35,704 bases of DNA from Welwitschia mirabilis. Its lineage: Eukaryota. A program made the position numbers and the translations under genes. The notes under the pieces are model-generated. The model had not been told where the DNA came from and did no database searches. It was given only the letters and a program-made list of their open reading frames with translations. Of this stretch, positions 35,601-35,704 are shown piece by piece. The stretch lies in assembly GCA_051453625.1 (NCBI GenBank), contig JBOZIK010000001.1:21040355-21076058 (forward strand). Reading direction: 5' to 3'. Every line of letters starts with the position of its first letter. Positions within the stretch are counted from its first letter, which is position 1.

Positions 35601-35704
35601 GCATATTAAAAGGGACTCAAAGAAAGTTTTTAATATAATTTTGAAGGATATCTAAAATATTTTCTACCATTTGATTTCGAACATGGATTCTCAAGGAGAA
35701 AACA
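31868..35704 (-). mobile_element. E6: 3' LTR (left end in a gap) and 3' internal region of the pol-deleted subfamily; continues beyond the window
   Basis: The LTR ends GTGCAACA at 32672 with the PPT at 32673-32694 (minus strand GATAAAGGCTAAGTGGGGTCTA). The 3' UTR is colinear with E1 and E5, with an integrase vestige at about 34691-34785. Confidence 0.85.

Overview
AT-rich eukaryotic (plant-type) repeat DNA from a gapped draft assembly with 12 N-gaps. It contains no intact host gene, RNA gene or CRISPR array. The whole window is a nest of decayed Ty3/gypsy LTR retrotransposons of one Athila-like group (tRNA-Asp-type PBS, about 1.05 kb LTRs, CCHC gag, D(L/I)G protease, FMDD RT, HHCC...GPY integrase), and all coding regions are pseudogenised. 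Reconstructed elements: E1 (-, 1-6868; gag-protease only) sits inside the 5' LTR of E2 (+, 6869-11557). E3 (-, 11558-16746; 3' LTR, 3' UTR, INT, RH) interrupts the RT of E2. E4 (+, 16747-23216) interrupts the RNase H of E3. E4' (-, 23217-28598) is a mirror-image copy of E4. E5 and E6 (-, 28620-35704) are 3' halves of the same pol-deleted subfamily as E1. Three things stand out. (i) A ~12 kb fold-back palindrome (E4/E4') with a ~52 bp spacer: its arms share 21 bp of host flank and a derived RT deletion, so it is a duplication of one dead insertion with inward-facing LTR promoters, a candidate hairpin-RNA locus. (ii) A non-autonomous subfamily with its own LTR type and a shared ~95 bp integrase vestige. 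(iii) A recurrent 18-bp stem-loop motif in LTRs and UTRs. I found no evidence for a novel protein-coding system. All alignments were done by eye and no database search was run.
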